From the NCBI GenBank assembly GCA_015056055.1, contig SVHC01000010.1:4385-68384 (forward strand): a DNA stretch of 64,000 nucleotides, written 5' to 3'. The position numbers and the translations under genes were made by a program. The notes beneath the pieces are model-generated. The model made no database searches. It saw only the letters and a list, made by a program, of their open reading frames with translations, and was not told the DNA's origin. Below are positions 7,583-17,399 of the stretch, piece by piece (positions within the stretch are counted from its first letter, which is position 1; the number at the start of each line of letters is the position of its first letter). This stretch comes from Clostridiales bacterium (GTDB taxonomy: Bacteria > Bacillota > Clostridia > Christensenellales > Aristaeellaceae).

Positions 7583-9460
7583 TCAGCCGTAGGAACGCAT
7601 GAAGTCGAACCAATGACCGTCCGTTTCGGGAAGAAGAGGGTCTCCATCCATGTGGACAACGCAGATATTTTCCCGCGCATAATCATAGGGAAGGACGAGG
7701 AATTTACCGGTGATGGGATAGGATTCTGTACCACTGTCGAACGAAGTACCGCCGGTTAATACCATATCCAGCATGATGTAGTCGTAGTTCGGTGCACCGG
7801 CTTTATAGCAGGTGCCTTCAAAGCGGGCATAAATGTCGCTCATGGGATAGGCGTACCAGTATTCCACGCAGACCGTGCCGTTTTCGCCGGGGGTGAAGGT
7901 AAGTGAACATGTGCGGGTATCGCCGCTGATATCAATGGCTGTGAACGAAGTCCAGTCGCCGTAAAGATCTTCCGGCATCAGCGCTTCGCTTTGATATTCG
8001 TATACCGTGAAATCGAGAATAGCATCGTTTTCGCCGGTGTACAGGGAACCATCCTTCAGACTGAGAGAGGGCTGGAAAGTTACAGTGGTTCCATCCTCAT
8101 TCACAATATTGACCTGCAGATTGGAGTAGATATCACTGATGTTTCCCTGAACGATAAAGGGAGCGCCGCTGTCGCTGCGGAAAAGAACAGAGCCTGTTTC
8201 GATTCCGCTGTCTGCAAAATAGCATTCATTTACCGCGACGGATGCGTTTTCATCCCCGGGAACAATACAATAAACCTCTCCGCCTTCCGCAAAGGCATAA
8301 CGGTCATAGGGAATCTCCGCAAGGAACGGATAGCACTGGATGTAGCCTTCTTCTTCAAAAAGACCGTAATATCCGTCGCCCATGGGCCCTTCGGCATAGC
8401 CGACGTGCGCTACTGCGCAAAGTGAATTTGTATCCGCGATCATCTGACGGATATTCTGAAGAGACTGCGATGCAAGCGCAGATTTTTTTTCGGAAGGGGT
8501 ACGCTCATGGTAGGGGGAAAGCGTGACATGGCCTTCCTGAGGCAACGACAGGCAAAGTTCGCTGTAGTCACTGTTGTACAGAATCGGAGGATTGGTATCG
8601 GTAAGAATCCATTCTGCATAGCAGGGCTGCCTGCCATGTCCGGCTTGCTCCGAAAGAATTATGATTGTATTTCCATCACTATTCAGAGCATAAACGCCGC
8701 AGTAGATTTCCACGGGTACATTATGTACTTTGCGGATAAACCGCATGGAACCGTCTTCGGAAAAGTCGAAGTACATATCGGTCAGAATGCCATTTTCCTG
8801 CACGATTGCTTCCCACTGGCCTACAATACCGGATGCGAGAAGTTTTTCTGAATCTGTTATTGAAACATCGGCCATGGTCATCAAATATTCGCGCAGTTCA
8901 TCTGCGTCGTGAATGGGGGAAACGCTATTGGTGCGCGCAAGGAAAATGTCGTCATATTCGCCGGACACGGAACAGATGAGACCATCATCGGCAAGCGAGA
9001 TAGTGCATTCCTGAGCCTCATTCCAGTACAAGCCTTCCATGGAAAAGCCGGAGAATCTTCTTATCAGAAAATGACCGGTATTGCTTTCGGTGCTCAAAAG
9101 GTCCTCGTCGGATAAAGGCGTAAATTCGGCGAGGTGGTAGGTATAGACGCTGTCATCATCCATCAGGTGATTGACCTCGGCATACAGAGTGCCGCCGACA
9201 AAGCGGAATTCAATAGCGTATTTATCGCCGCTGTAATCGACGGTGAGGGGTTCATCCGGCTCAAAGAGATAATTTCCGCATATACGCTGTGCAAATGGAA
9301 GATTTTCAGTCGTGGTGTTTTGCAGCTTTCCGCGAAGATTGCTTAGAAAACTGCTTCCATCCGCAAGGGCTGAGAAGGTTTCGAAGGGCATGAGGGAAGA
9401 AATCACGATTACAAGTGTCGTGAAAAGCACAAGCATAGAGTGATGGCGTTTGTTCTTCAT
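7583..9460 (-). CDS. secreted protein of unknown function (625 aa)
   Basis: N-terminal signal-like MKNKRHHSMLVLFTTLVIVISSLMPFETFSALADG. GGGGGA RBS. No motif I recognise. Confidence 0.6.
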   Translation of the reverse strand: MKNKRHHSMLVLFTTLVIVISSLMPFETFSALADGSSFLSNLRGKLQNTTTENLPFAQRICGNYLFEPDEPLTVDYSGDKYAIEFRFVGGTLYAEVNHLMDDDSVYTYHLAEFTPLSDEDLLSTESNTGHFLIRRFSGFSMEGLYWNEAQECTISLADDGLICSVSGEYDDIFLARTNSVSPIHDADELREYLMTMADVSITDSEKLLASGIVGQWEAIVQENGILTDMYFDFSEDGSMRFIRKVHNVPVEIYCGVYALNSDGNTIIILSEQAGHGRQPCYAEWILTDTNPPILYNSDYSELCLSLPQEGHVTLSPYHERTPSEKKSALASQSLQNIRQMIADTNSLCAVAHVGYAEGPMGDGYYGLFEEEGYIQCYPFLAEIPYDRYAFAEGGEVYCIVPGDENASVAVNECYFADSGIETGSVLFRSDSGAPFIVQGNISDIYSNLQVNIVNEDGTTVTFQPSLSLKDGSLYTGENDAILDFTVYEYQSEALMPEDLYGDWTSFTAIDISGDTRTCSLTFTPGENGTVCVEYWYAYPMSDIYARFEGTCYKAGAPNYDYIMLDMVLTGGTSFDSGTESYPITGKFLVLPYDYARENICVVHMDGDPLLPETDGHWFDFMRSYG

Positions 9461-9498
9461 ATTGATCCCCCTTTTCTAAAATAGTACCGACTAAATTT

Positions 9499-9527
9499 AT
9501 TGTAATATAAATTCAGGACAATTGCAA
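9499..9527 (-). promoter_or_regulatory. sigma-A type promoter for 7583..9460
   Basis: Minus strand reads TTGCAA (9527-9522), a 17-nt spacer, then TACAAT (9504-9499). Confidence 0.5.
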
Positions 9528-9536
9528 GCGGATGGC

Positions 9537-10478
9537 TCAAAGACCGTTTACAATGTTTTCAGGGCGCTTCCCTGTAAGCGTATCCAGAATTTGACGGGAG
9601 CATGCTTCAGCCATTTCATAGCGCGTTTCGCATGTGTTGGTGCCGATATGAGGTGTGCAGACTACGCGGTCATGGGTGAGCAATTCATTGGGAATGTGCG
9701 GCTCATTCGGATATACATCCAGACCGGCGCCGGAAATCTGCCCGGAGGCGAGTGCATCCAGCAATGAGGCAGTATCAACAACTGCGCCGCGGGAGGTGTT
9801 GATGAGGATGGAGCCGGGCTTCATCTGCTTAAATGTGGAAGCGTTCATAAGACCTCGCGTTTTATCTGTCAGCGGACAATGAAGGGAAACAATATCCGAT
9901 TCATGAAGCAGTGTGGAAAGGTCTGTGGGTTCGGCAACAGCCGGGTCAGCACCTCTTCGGCTGTATGCAATGACGCGCATTCCCAGTGTGCGGGCAAGCT
10001 GCGCAGTACGGCTGCCGATGCGTCCGCATCCGATGATGCCGAGCGTCTGATTCCGCAGACTTCGGCCCATATAGCGTCCCATGCCGAAAAGACCTTCGGG
10101 CGCTTCTTTGCGCATGCGCAGATTCATTTCACCGATACGGCGCGATACGCAGAGCATGAGTCCGATGGCAAGCTCTGCAGTATCCTGCGTGACGGTATCG
10201 GGAATGTTGGTAACGGGAATCCCACAGGCGGCAGCGGTATGCGTATCTACGCCGTCATATCCTGCGCCGTAATTTGCGATGATTTTAAGATTTTGCCCTG
10301 CACGGATAACGTTGCCCGGAAGCTTGCCGCCGGCAACAACTGCATCTGCATGCCCAATAAGCTGCAAAAGTTCCTCTTCGCTGAATGCTGCAATAGGCGC
10401 AGGGATAACGATATCGTGTCCTTCCAAAAGGTGGAAACCTTCGGCAGGTACGCCGTGGGTAACAAGAATATTTGCCAT
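9537..10478 (-). CDS. D-isomer-specific 2-hydroxyacid dehydrogenase (glyoxylate/hydroxypyruvate reductase-like)
   Basis: NAD fold GIIGCGRIGSRTAQLARTLGMRV, then catalytic-region LINTSRGAVVD and PHIGTNT. AGGAGG RBS before ATG 10478 (MANILVTHG); the 5' part of the track ORF is an extension. Confidence 0.85.
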   Translation of the reverse strand: MANILVTHGVPAEGFHLLEGHDIVIPAPIAAFSEEELLQLIGHADAVVAGGKLPGNVIRAGQNLKIIANYGAGYDGVDTHTAAACGIPVTNIPDTVTQDTAELAIGLMLCVSRRIGEMNLRMRKEAPEGLFGMGRYMGRSLRNQTLGIIGCGRIGSRTAQLARTLGMRVIAYSRRGADPAVAEPTDLSTLLHESDIVSLHCPLTDKTRGLMNASTFKQMKPGSILINTSRGAVVDTASLLDALASGQISGAGLDVYPNEPHIPNELLTHDRVVCTPHIGTNTCETRYEMAEACSRQILDTLTGKRPENIVNGL

Positions 10479-10540
10479 AATGCCTCCTGAGTTTGATGAA
10501 CGCGCCGGAGAATTCTTCCGGCGCGTTATGAATAAGCTGG

Positions 10541-11665
10541 TTAATATCTTCCGTATGTCTGTATGGCGGCCATTACAAGGCGCATGCTCGTAAGCAGGCT
10601 TCCGTTGTTGATGGAGCCGGCAGTGGTAAGATTCAAGCCGCGCCCGGTAGCTTTGGCAGCTTCGCAATCGCGTCGAACCTGAGCTACGATTTCCTCTTCT
10701 TCGTTGCGCATAAAGGTGAAGGGCGCGAGGCATCCGTCAATGCGGGCTTTGGGCAGATGCTTGCGAATTTCGGATACCATAACTGTAGGACCGAAATTCA
10801 CGCCGTTCAGATTCAGCCTTCCGAGAATGGGGATGATGTGACCCATTGCACTGTCGGAATGCTGATAGCGGGGATCGTTTTCGCCGGGGGCAAATCTGGC
10901 AAATACATCCCGTAAAATCGGATACGCAAACATTTCGTACATTTCGGGCGTGAGCAGACAGCAGTTGTCATCCGCAAAGGAGAAGCCATAACTGCCGCTG
11001 GTTTCGGGCGTTACGCCGCATTCCACATCCCAGATTTCATTCATCTCAATGATGACCTTTTTGATCACGTTGGAAAAACGCATTGCAAGATCAGGCTCAT
11101 CGAGAAGAAGGAAAATAAAGTTTTCCTCGCCCATCAGCGAACAGGCAAGCGTAACCGGACCGCGCACATGGCGCATGGGATAGGGGAGCTTGCCGGTGAT
11201 TTCAAAGATGCGGTTCTTTTCCTTTTCCCAGTTGGGAGGAAGCATGAAGGAGCGGATATCAAGCTTTTCCACGCGATCCAGCATAGCTTCAACTTCTTCG
11301 GGAGTTTCGGCGCAGCGGTGGAGCCATTCACTGTGATTTACGTATTCATAGCGACTGCCGAAAATTTCGCCGATGGCTTTGATGCGGGGAAACTGCAGAT
11401 CATTTTTTGTGAAAACTTCCGGCAGCAGACGGCGGCCGACGATTTTTTCGGCTTTGTCGTTATAACGTTTGTTGAGCTCTGCCTGGCGGATAGGATCAAC
11501 CGGATCCCAGGGATGACCTTCTTCGCCAAGCTCTGCATACACACATTCGTTGCTCATGCGGATTCCGAGTGCAACCTGAGGTGCATCGGGAGAAAAGCAA
11601 TTGTCTTTATGTGCAATCTCTTCGTCTTTCCAGAATTGCTCAATATCCAGATCAAGATGTACCAT
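10541..11665 (-). CDS. uroporphyrinogen-decarboxylase (URO-D)-like family protein
   Basis: 374 aa, with overall resemblance to URO-D/MtaA-type TIM-barrel proteins (recollection only). AAGGAGG RBS before ATG 11665 (MVHLDLDIEQFW). Confidence 0.45.
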   Translation of the reverse strand: MVHLDLDIEQFWKDEEIAHKDNCFSPDAPQVALGIRMSNECVYAELGEEGHPWDPVDPIRQAELNKRYNDKAEKIVGRRLLPEVFTKNDLQFPRIKAIGEIFGSRYEYVNHSEWLHRCAETPEEVEAMLDRVEKLDIRSFMLPPNWEKEKNRIFEITGKLPYPMRHVRGPVTLACSLMGEENFIFLLLDEPDLAMRFSNVIKKVIIEMNEIWDVECGVTPETSGSYGFSFADDNCCLLTPEMYEMFAYPILRDVFARFAPGENDPRYQHSDSAMGHIIPILGRLNLNGVNFGPTVMVSEIRKHLPKARIDGCLAPFTFMRNEEEEIVAQVRRDCEAAKATGRGLNLTTAGSINNGSLLTSMRLVMAAIQTYGRY

Positions 11666-11804
11666 TGAGATGTCCTCCTTGGCTGATAAAGCGGCGGTTT
11701 GTTTTATGTGCCATCTATTCGGTGGATAATAAAATGCAGTTTTATACAATTATTATAGGGCAACGCGAATGGTGTGTCAACAGAACTTTTGCAATCCCAT
11801 GCGA

Positions 11805-11833
11805 TTGACAGAAGATGGAAAAATTGCTATCAT
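11805..11833 (+). promoter_or_regulatory. sigma-A type promoter of the DUF368 gene
   Basis: TTGACA (11805-11810), a 17-nt spacer, then TATCAT (11828-11833). Confidence 0.6.
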
Positions 11834-11874
11834 GGTCGATAGAAATTTCTGTTTTTGCTGGAGGTAAATGGTTC

Positions 11875-12711
11875 ATGAGTAAAAAAAAGCAGAACGGTAT
11901 TCTGATGCGCTTGATTCAGGGCGCACTGATTGGCACCGGAGCGATACTACCTGGAATTTCCGGCGGCGTTCTGATGGTCATATTCGGTATATATCAGCCT
12001 ATTATGTCGCTTTTGGCACATCCGTTTAAAACATTTAAGGAGAACATGAAGCTGCTTTTGCCTGTAATTATCGGCGTAGGTTTGGGCGTGCTTGGCATTT
12101 CGAAGATTCTGGGGTTCCTGCTGGACGCTTATCCGGATCAGTCTGTATGCCTGTTTGTGGGTTTGATTGGCGGAATGCTGCCCAGTCTGTTCCGCGAAGC
12201 AGGTGAAAAGGGCAGAGGCAAATCCTCCTGGGTGGCTCTGATTGTTGCATTTATTGTGATAATGGCCCTGCTATTGAGCTTGCAGGTGATTCAGGTGGAA
12301 ATCGTCCCCAACCTCTGGTGGTATTTGTTCTGCGGATTCTGTCTGGCTCTTTCTGTTATTGCTCCGGGCATGAGCTTTTCCACACTCCTGATGCCTCTTG
12401 GCTTATATACTCCCTTTATTGCAGGCATTGGCGATTTGAATTTCAGCATTCTGATTCCTGCCGGCATCGGAGCAGTGCTGACAGTGATTCTCTTTGCCAA
12501 GGCAGTAACCACTCTTTTGGACAAACACTATGCGCCTGTATTTCATGGAATCATTGGCATCGTAATTGCGGCTACTCTGGTAATCATTCCTTTTCAGAGC
12601 TTTACGGCAGGCGTAGGCGTTGCGCTGATTAACATTGCATGCATTGCAGTAGGCGTAATTGCAGCCCTTGCACTGGATAAGTTTAACAGCAGCGTAGAAA
12701 AACCCGACTAA
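11875..12711 (+). CDS. DUF368-family polytopic membrane protein (family recently linked to undecaprenyl-phosphate recycling)
   Basis: GALIGTGAILPGISGGVLMVIFGIY, then a second half with VIAPGMSFSTLLMPLGLY. Multi-TM throughout. GGAGGT RBS before ATG 11875. Confidence 0.7.
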   Translation: MSKKKQNGILMRLIQGALIGTGAILPGISGGVLMVIFGIYQPIMSLLAHPFKTFKENMKLLLPVIIGVGLGVLGISKILGFLLDAYPDQSVCLFVGLIGGMLPSLFREAGEKGRGKSSWVALIVAFIVIMALLLSLQVIQVEIVPNLWWYLFCGFCLALSVIAPGMSFSTLLMPLGLYTPFIAGIGDLNFSILIPAGIGAVLTVILFAKAVTTLLDKHYAPVFHGIIGIVIAATLVIIPFQSFTAGVGVALINIACIAVGVIAALALDKFNSSVEKPD

Positions 12712-12725
12712 TAAAATAGACAATG

Positions 12726-12761
12726 CAAAACCCACCATCCTGAAATGGTGGGTTTTGTATT
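12726..12761. terminator. bidirectional rho-independent terminator
   Basis: CAAAACCCACCAT-cctgaa-ATGGTGGGTTTTG with a flanking A-run and T-run. Confidence 0.8.
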
Positions 12762-12765
12762 GGAA

Positions 12766-14682
12766 TCATTGATTCAGCAGAGTGTGATAATAGTAGATTG
12801 GCATGGCGCTCCAACCGTGGCAGAGACTACCGGCATTGTCGAAAGCGCGCTGACCTTCCTCGGTTTCCCAGAAGGTAGTAGCTCCGGCGGCAAGCATTTT
12901 TTCGTATCGCATATCGATGTCTTTAAGGACGAAAGATGCGTAGCGCTGATGGTCCGTAAGCAAAAGTGCATCGTACAGGAAGCAGCGCATGCTGAGCGTT
13001 GCAGGCGTCAGGCAGGACTCGTCAGATGCTAGAGTGCTGGCAATCTGCAAGGCGCATTCACCCTGTGCAGCGCCGCAAAGGATAGCCAGAGCATTTACAA
13101 GCGCGCTAGCAGCAGAATCCTCGGTACTGTTTATGAATACGTTTCTTTCGTGATCGAAGAAGCGATCGTAAATGGCATTATTGAGCTTGCGGATCAATTC
13201 CGTATAATCGATATTCAGGTTCAAAAATCCGGTCAGCGTCTGCATGGATTGCAATGCCAGTGAAAGCAGGCAATTCAATGCAGCGTCGAAACGCTTTTCA
13301 TCCCATCCAAAGAGTCTGCCGCTCATGCCTTCCGACCATTCATAGAAATTCCAGTGGCATTCTTCCGAAAATACGGGTACAAGGCCATTTTCCATACGAT
13401 TGAGAAAAACATTCAGGATGGATGTAAGTTTGGGCCAGATTTCACGCGCGAGAGTAAGATCGCCTGAATGCTGCGTATATTCGCGGACGGCGGTGAAATA
13501 GTGCAGGGAGAAGGAGGGAATTGTCAGATCATCGCGGCTGGGAGTGCAGATGGAAAGAAGTCCGTCTGCGCGGTCGTCCTTGCTCATCAGCAGAAGATTG
13601 GCGCGGGGGAATACGAACTCTTCAAAGGCGTAGTAGCCGCACAGCATCTGATTGCGTCCGTCCATGGCGTAAAGTGCCTGTTCTCTCCAAGGTGTATCCT
13701 CATAATGCTCATGCATGCACATGCAAAGCGTACGCACTGAAGCATCATAAACGCGCTTTTGTAATTCGTTCATGTCAGGCAGATTGGAGGAGAGATTTAC
13801 GGGATAATGCACCGGGAGCACGGTCAGCACGTCAAGCTGCAAGGGAGACTCGGCAAACAGCTCCAGATAACGCAAACCCAGACGACGGAATGGGTTTGTA
13901 TATACATTAAGACCTTTGCGAAGGCGGATTTCTTCGCTGAAATCACGGGAGTGAATCAGGCGTCGAACGCCTCCGTCTTCAATGTGCTCACCGTAGGCAA
14001 TCAGGACTTCCTGTTCTGCGGAAGAAGTGAGCCGAAAAGTGAGATAACCGGTTTCTTCACGCCCGAGATCGATCAGAAAATGCGTGTTCTGATCATTTTT
14101 TATCAGTGTTGCAGTGGCTGCGGGTTTAATGACGGGCAATGCAGTTGGACGAGGGGAGAGCGGGAGCTCCTGTTTTACCGCCTTGCTGGGCAAAAAGTCA
14201 ATGAGGCGGCCGGTCATCCAATCATCTTCGTTTGCCATGTTATAGCGGAAACCGAATCCGAGCTGGCTGGTAATGTCCTTTGCACGTCCGCATTGATAGC
14301 ACAGGCTTTGACGGGAAAGGGTTTTGGTGTCTGAATAACAGACAAGACTTTCGTCGAGATAAAGCTCATAACGGATGGCAGCATTACCGGGATAGTAGCT
14401 CATATTGCCTTTGCCGTAATGCCAGACTATAATTGCCAGATGATTGAGCCCGCATTTGCAATGGGATGCCAGATTCAGTGTGTCATAAATTTTATAATGC
14501 GGAAAATCGTGGTACTGACCGGAAAAGATCAGATTTCCGTTGAGATATACCGCATAATTGGAATCGGCAGAAATGAACAATTTTGCCTCCTGACCATCGT
14601 AAAAGAAGGAATCATAGAATTCCGCATATTGGTCAATGGCTTGGCCCTGCGAAAGCCATATCCATTCAGATTGTGTCCACAT
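12766..14682 (-). CDS. six-hairpin glycosidase, alpha-L-rhamnosidase (GH78)-like
   Basis: 638 aa. The C-terminal ...TFWETEEGQRAFDNAGSLCHGWSAMPIYYY resembles the GH78 catalytic-domain end. AGGAGG RBS. Confidence 0.5.
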   Translation of the reverse strand: MWTQSEWIWLSQGQAIDQYAEFYDSFFYDGQEAKLFISADSNYAVYLNGNLIFSGQYHDFPHYKIYDTLNLASHCKCGLNHLAIIVWHYGKGNMSYYPGNAAIRYELYLDESLVCYSDTKTLSRQSLCYQCGRAKDITSQLGFGFRYNMANEDDWMTGRLIDFLPSKAVKQELPLSPRPTALPVIKPAATATLIKNDQNTHFLIDLGREETGYLTFRLTSSAEQEVLIAYGEHIEDGGVRRLIHSRDFSEEIRLRKGLNVYTNPFRRLGLRYLELFAESPLQLDVLTVLPVHYPVNLSSNLPDMNELQKRVYDASVRTLCMCMHEHYEDTPWREQALYAMDGRNQMLCGYYAFEEFVFPRANLLLMSKDDRADGLLSICTPSRDDLTIPSFSLHYFTAVREYTQHSGDLTLAREIWPKLTSILNVFLNRMENGLVPVFSEECHWNFYEWSEGMSGRLFGWDEKRFDAALNCLLSLALQSMQTLTGFLNLNIDYTELIRKLNNAIYDRFFDHERNVFINSTEDSAASALVNALAILCGAAQGECALQIASTLASDESCLTPATLSMRCFLYDALLLTDHQRYASFVLKDIDMRYEKMLAAGATTFWETEEGQRAFDNAGSLCHGWSAMPIYYYHTLLNQ

Positions 14683-14820
14683 ATTACAGCCTCCTGTCTA
14701 CAGGTATTTTATTGGGAGAAATTTGCATCAATCCATAAAGAAAAGAAGAATTCCGTTCGCATGGGGAAAAAACACTTGCTGCCGATATATATCGGAACAG
14801 TCAGAGTGGACTTATATGAA

Positions 14821-14844
14821 AGCCAGCGCCTTGAGGCGCTGGCT
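14821..14844 (-). terminator. hairpin downstream of the Cys-repeat gene (weak U tract)
   Basis: Perfect 10-bp stem AGCCAGCGCC-ttga-GGCGCTGGCT. On the minus strand it is followed only by TTCATATAAG. Confidence 0.4.
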
Positions 14845-14883
14845 GGTGTCATTGGCCCGTCGTTGCTTTTTGAACAAACGCAA

Positions 14884-16890
14884 TTACTCGTTTGAAGGAA
14901 CGGATTCGTGCTGTTCTTCTTCGGAACGCAGCTGTTCATCGGACATTTCGCCATCGGGGAACATCCAGTCGGCGAAGGTAAGCTGCAGCTTGCGAACGTC
15001 GGAATTGGCGGTGAAAGTGAATTTTTCCTTTTTATCGGGCGTCCAGTCCTCGACAGTAATCGTCTTGGTTTCAAGATAATTGCTGTCCTTATCAAAAAGA
15101 TCCACGTTGAAGGAGAAGGTGGAGAAGGTGAAGCCGGTGGTATTGGTTACGATAGCTTCGAACTTATCCATACCATTGGAAAGCGTGGAAACGTTCTGGA
15201 AGCTAACCTGTTCCATCATGGTGCTGACCTTTTCTACCATTTCACCGTTGAAGAGGATAGGCTGCAGATTGGGTAGATTATCATCGGAGACGACGATGGG
15301 AATAATCTGATTGAGGTGATAGAGTGCTACACTCTGCATGTGGTAACCGTCTCTGGTATACTGATCGACAAAAGGCGTATCTTCGGGATAGAAGTCCAAC
15401 TCTTCCAGGGAAACCTGAACGCCCTCGATATAGCTTTCGGCCCATTCACCGAACAGGGGATTTTCAAACTGTGCGCCATGATATCCGATAATTGCATCAT
15501 ATTCGGCGGTGATATAGCGCACCATCTGATCGTGGGTGAAGGTCATACGGAAGACGGCGCGAGCCTGTTTGGCTGCTTCTTCAGCGGCGAGGAGAGCCTG
15601 TTCTTCGGGGCTGAGCTGATTTTCGTCTTCGGAGTCTTTCTTATCTTCCTCGTCATCTTCATAATCGGCAGCAAGTGCGGCGGCGCGGGCTTCATCTTCG
15701 GCAGCAGTCTGAGCAGCGGCGGTATCTTCGAGGGTCATAGCCCAACGCGCTTCGAGACCGGCGGCAAGACTGGCCATGAACCGTTCATCCACGCTGCGCA
15801 AATCAAGACCGCAGGCCTGACAGAGCTTAGGATTATTGGTCCAATCGTGGGTCAACTCAATGCCGTCCAGAGTGCCGCAAACGCTGCAGGGAGAAGGAGC
15901 GGTGCATTGGGTCTGTGTCCAGACATGATCTGCCAGTTCGCCCTGAGTAGCGCTGCACATTCTGCAGGTTTCAGGGGCCAGGCAGGTGGCAGCGGACCAG
16001 TCATGGGGAAGGACATTACCCTGAGTGAGGGAACACATCGTGCAGGTTTCGGGTACCTGACAGGTGGCGGGTGTCCAGTCATGGGGAAGAACATCACCCT
16101 GAACATCACCGCAAAGAGCGCAGGTCATGGGCGCAGAGCAGGTGGCATCCTTCCATTCATGGGAAAGGACATCGCCCTGCGTATCACCGCAAAGAGCGCA
16201 GGTTTCGGGTGCATGGCAGGTGGCGGGCTTCCAATCATGGGGAAGAACATCACCCTGAACATCGCCGCAAAGAGCGCAGGTTTCGGGCGTATGGCAATCG
16301 GCAGCGTTCCATTGATGGGCAAGGACTTCGCCCTGAGTGTCACCGCAAAGAGCGCAGGTTTCGGGGGTGTGGCAATCGGCAGCGCTCCACTGATGAACAA
16401 GGGTTTCGCCCTGCGTATCGCCGCAGAGGGCGCAGGTTTCGGGTGCATGGCAGGTTGCAGCATTCCACTGATGGATGAGTGCCTCACCCTGAGTACTTCC
16501 GCACATAGTGCAGGTTTCGGGGGCGTGGCAGGTGGCGGCAGACCAATCATGGGGGATCACTTCGCCCTGCGTCATACCACACATTGTGCAGGTTTCAGGA
16601 ACCTGACAGGTGGCAGCAGCCCAATTGTGGGGAATCACTTCGCCCTGAATGTCGCCGCAGAGTGTACAGGTTTGAGGTGTATCACAGGTAGCATCTGACC
16701 AGTTGTGCGCAAGGGGGGAACCTAAGGTTGCGCCGCAGAGCGTACAGGTCTTGGGAGTGTGGCAGTCAGCTGGCTGCCATTCATGCTTGTAATTGTAGAC
16801 AAGGAAACAGACCGTTGTAGCTATCGCAATGACAAGCACAACGGTAATAAGAGCATTCCGGACCTTGCGTTTGGTTTTGCGTTTATTCAT
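14884..16890 (-). CDS. N-terminally membrane-anchored extracytoplasmic protein with 12 tandem 26-aa Cys3His repeats plus an acidic linker and a C-terminal globular domain
   Basis: MNKRKTKRKVRN, then TM ALITVVLVIAIATTVCFLVY, then repeats of H-x-W-x4-C-x5-C-x2-C-G-x3-G (for example HQWNAATCHAPETCALCGDTQGETLV). GGAGGA RBS. Confidence 0.8.
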   Translation of the reverse strand: MNKRKTKRKVRNALITVVLVIAIATTVCFLVYNYKHEWQPADCHTPKTCTLCGATLGSPLAHNWSDATCDTPQTCTLCGDIQGEVIPHNWAAATCQVPETCTMCGMTQGEVIPHDWSAATCHAPETCTMCGSTQGEALIHQWNAATCHAPETCALCGDTQGETLVHQWSAADCHTPETCALCGDTQGEVLAHQWNAADCHTPETCALCGDVQGDVLPHDWKPATCHAPETCALCGDTQGDVLSHEWKDATCSAPMTCALCGDVQGDVLPHDWTPATCQVPETCTMCSLTQGNVLPHDWSAATCLAPETCRMCSATQGELADHVWTQTQCTAPSPCSVCGTLDGIELTHDWTNNPKLCQACGLDLRSVDERFMASLAAGLEARWAMTLEDTAAAQTAAEDEARAAALAADYEDDEEDKKDSEDENQLSPEEQALLAAEEAAKQARAVFRMTFTHDQMVRYITAEYDAIIGYHGAQFENPLFGEWAESYIEGVQVSLEELDFYPEDTPFVDQYTRDGYHMQSVALYHLNQIIPIVVSDDNLPNLQPILFNGEMVEKVSTMMEQVSFQNVSTLSNGMDKFEAIVTNTTGFTFSTFSFNVDLFDKDSNYLETKTITVEDWTPDKKEKFTFTANSDVRKLQLTFADWMFPDGEMSDEQLRSEEEQHESVPSNE
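15808..16785 (-). repeat. in-frame 78-bp tandem repeats (12 full copies and 1 partial) encoding the Cys3His units
   Basis: Counted from the translation, aa 36-361. The copies have diverged, mainly at third codon positions and a few residues. Confidence 0.85.
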
Positions 16891-17105
16891 ACGTTGATTC
16901 CTCCAGTTCCGGAAGAGCTTCCTATAGAGAAGTGTTCCGGTATATACAAATACAGTTACCTATAGTATACTTGAAACGGTAGAAAATGTAAACTTATTTT
17001 TTGAAGGAATTATAGATTCCTTCATACAAGAACCAAGTGTAATTTGCTTTGGCTTTTTTGAAATTGGAACAGGAATGTTAAAAATGATAAAAGATGAAAA
17101 AAGTA

Positions 17106-17134
17106 TTGCAAATTGATGCAGAATTTGGTAATAT
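17106..17134 (+). promoter_or_regulatory. sigma-A promoter (extended -10) driving the riboswitch-adhesin transcript
   Basis: TTGCAA (17106-17111), a 17-nt spacer, then TGgTAATAT (17126-17134). Confidence 0.6.
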
Positions 17135-17274
17135 ATTACCCGAGAGATACCATTTCTTACTACTGCTTGAAGAAGGGAGGTTTTTTACTGTTTGCACTCC
17201 GGAAGACACCAGAGCGTCCGAAGGTTTGCAAAAGGACAAGAATCTGCTTTTTTAACCCATACTGTAGAGAGAAA

Positions 17275-17360
17275 TACTGAAAAGGGCAAACCATTCGAAA
17301 GGATGGGGCGCAAAGCTAAGGGGCCTAAGGCCGCAAGGTTATGGCAGCCCGGCCGCCAAT
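17275..17360 (+). promoter_or_regulatory. c-di-GMP-I (GEMM-I) riboswitch aptamer
   Basis: AAAAGGGCAAACCAUUCGAAAGGAUGGGGCGCAAAGCUAAGGGGCCUAAGGCCGCAAGGUUAUGGCAGCCC. The core GGGCAAACCAUUCGAAAG..UGGG.CGCAAAGC is nearly identical to the Vibrio cholerae Vc2 aptamer as I remember it. The first hairpin is capped by a GAAA tetraloop. The second hairpin carries the 11-nt tetraloop receptor CCUAAG...UAUGG. Confidence 0.85.
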
Positions 17361-17398
17361 ATTTCGATTCTTTCCAATTATAGAGAGGAGAACGAAAT
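17361..17398 (+). promoter_or_regulatory. putative expression platform: hairpin sequestering the adhesin RBS
   Basis: ATTTCGATTCTTTCC (17361-17375) can pair with GAGGAGAACGAAAT (17385-17398), which contains the GAGGAG RBS 2-9 nt before ATG 17400. That gives about 13 pairs with one bulge. Confidence 0.45.
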
Positions 17399-17399
17399 A

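Noticed and set aside
15316-16698. 460-aa + ORF (plus 16071..16478 and 16125..16550) over the Cys-repeat region
   Set aside because: These are alternative frames or strands of the 78-bp repeats, so their periodic sequence is a by-product. Only the minus-strand frame has an RBS, a signal-anchor and conserved Cys/His spacing.
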